Program-made: the position numbers and the translations under genes
Notes under the pieces: model-generated
What the model saw: only the letters and a program-made list of their open reading frames with translations
Told to the model about the DNA's origin: nothing
Databases searched by the model: none
Part shown: positions 63,523 to 64,000 of the stretch, one piece after another
How the letters are laid out: every line of letters begins with the position of its first letter
Position numbering within the stretch: position 1 is the first letter of the stretch
Assembly (NCBI GenBank): GCA_973895155.1
Contig: OZ316897.1
Span: 9,695,832 to 9,759,831, forward strand
Reading direction: 5' to 3'
Source of the DNA: Marsupella aquatica
Taxonomy: Eukaryota > Plantae > Marchantiophyta
Length of the DNA: 64,000 nucleotides

Positions 63523-64000
63523 TGTTAGATATTGCTCTAGTCTTGTGACTCACGAGCTAACCTCAGTTAGTTTAACTCGGGTTAGGACTTAGCTAATGTT
63601 AGCAGTAGTGTTGTTGTGTATTAAGCCAGGGCTGGTACCAGACCCTGGGTGGAACTTAGGCTCATTGTTACGGAGCTAGTTGAGAGATAGGGAGAGCTTG
63701 TGCTGTGGGTGCTTGGTATGGCCGTTCGGCCTAGAGTGCAGTAAAACTCTTGTGTGTTCCCGTGGACGTAGCCTCATGTGGAGGTGAACCACGTATCTCT
63801 CTATGTCGACTCTTGTGCATTGGATGGTTCATGGGCTTGCAGTTGCGAATGTCGTCTATGCTCAACAAGTGGTATCAGAGCATGCCTGGGAGGTGACAAG
63901 GTTTTTTCGTGACGGGTTTTTTCCAGCGTTCAGAGTCGATGGTACATTCAAAGTTTCGTCGCATGAAACTCGAATGTGTGTGGCTAAGCAGATAGGTTAG
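63523..64000 (+). mobile_element. Start of a second copia-family element: 5' LTR (63523-63867), PBS and leader; runs off the window
   Basis: TGTTAG...ATGCTCAACA, then AG, then PBS TGGTATCAGAGC (63870-63881). Leader ATGC.TGGGAGGTGAC...TTCGTGACGGG matches the leader of the 18.8-24 kb element. Confidence 0.92.

Overview
Land-plant nuclear DNA with GT-AG introns; the lineage cannot be fixed from sequence alone. Recognisable genes: an SC35-type SR splicing factor (9 coding exons), an ATL RING-H2 E3 ligase, a GT92/GALS-like galactan synthase, a two-TM Pkr1-like protein with a ~500-aa acidic repeat-bearing N-terminus, nuclear-encoded plastid RPS9, an At3g12350-like F-box gene and a frameshifted F-box/kelch copy. 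Between them lie a decayed Ty1/copia element, two more LTRs of its family, two short Helitron-like elements with an atypical CTCG end, a MITE-like element, a calmodulin-like gene fragment and several tandem arrays just upstream of genes. The most interesting feature is a head-to-head paralog pair at 44.5-50.3 kb. One gene encodes a PARP-like ADP-ribosyltransferase domain that keeps the H-G-T and Y motifs. The other encodes tandem WWE domains plus the same domain with those residues lost. Neither has the RST domain of RCD1/SRO proteins. All gene models were built by eye and all family calls come from motif recognition; no database searches were run.
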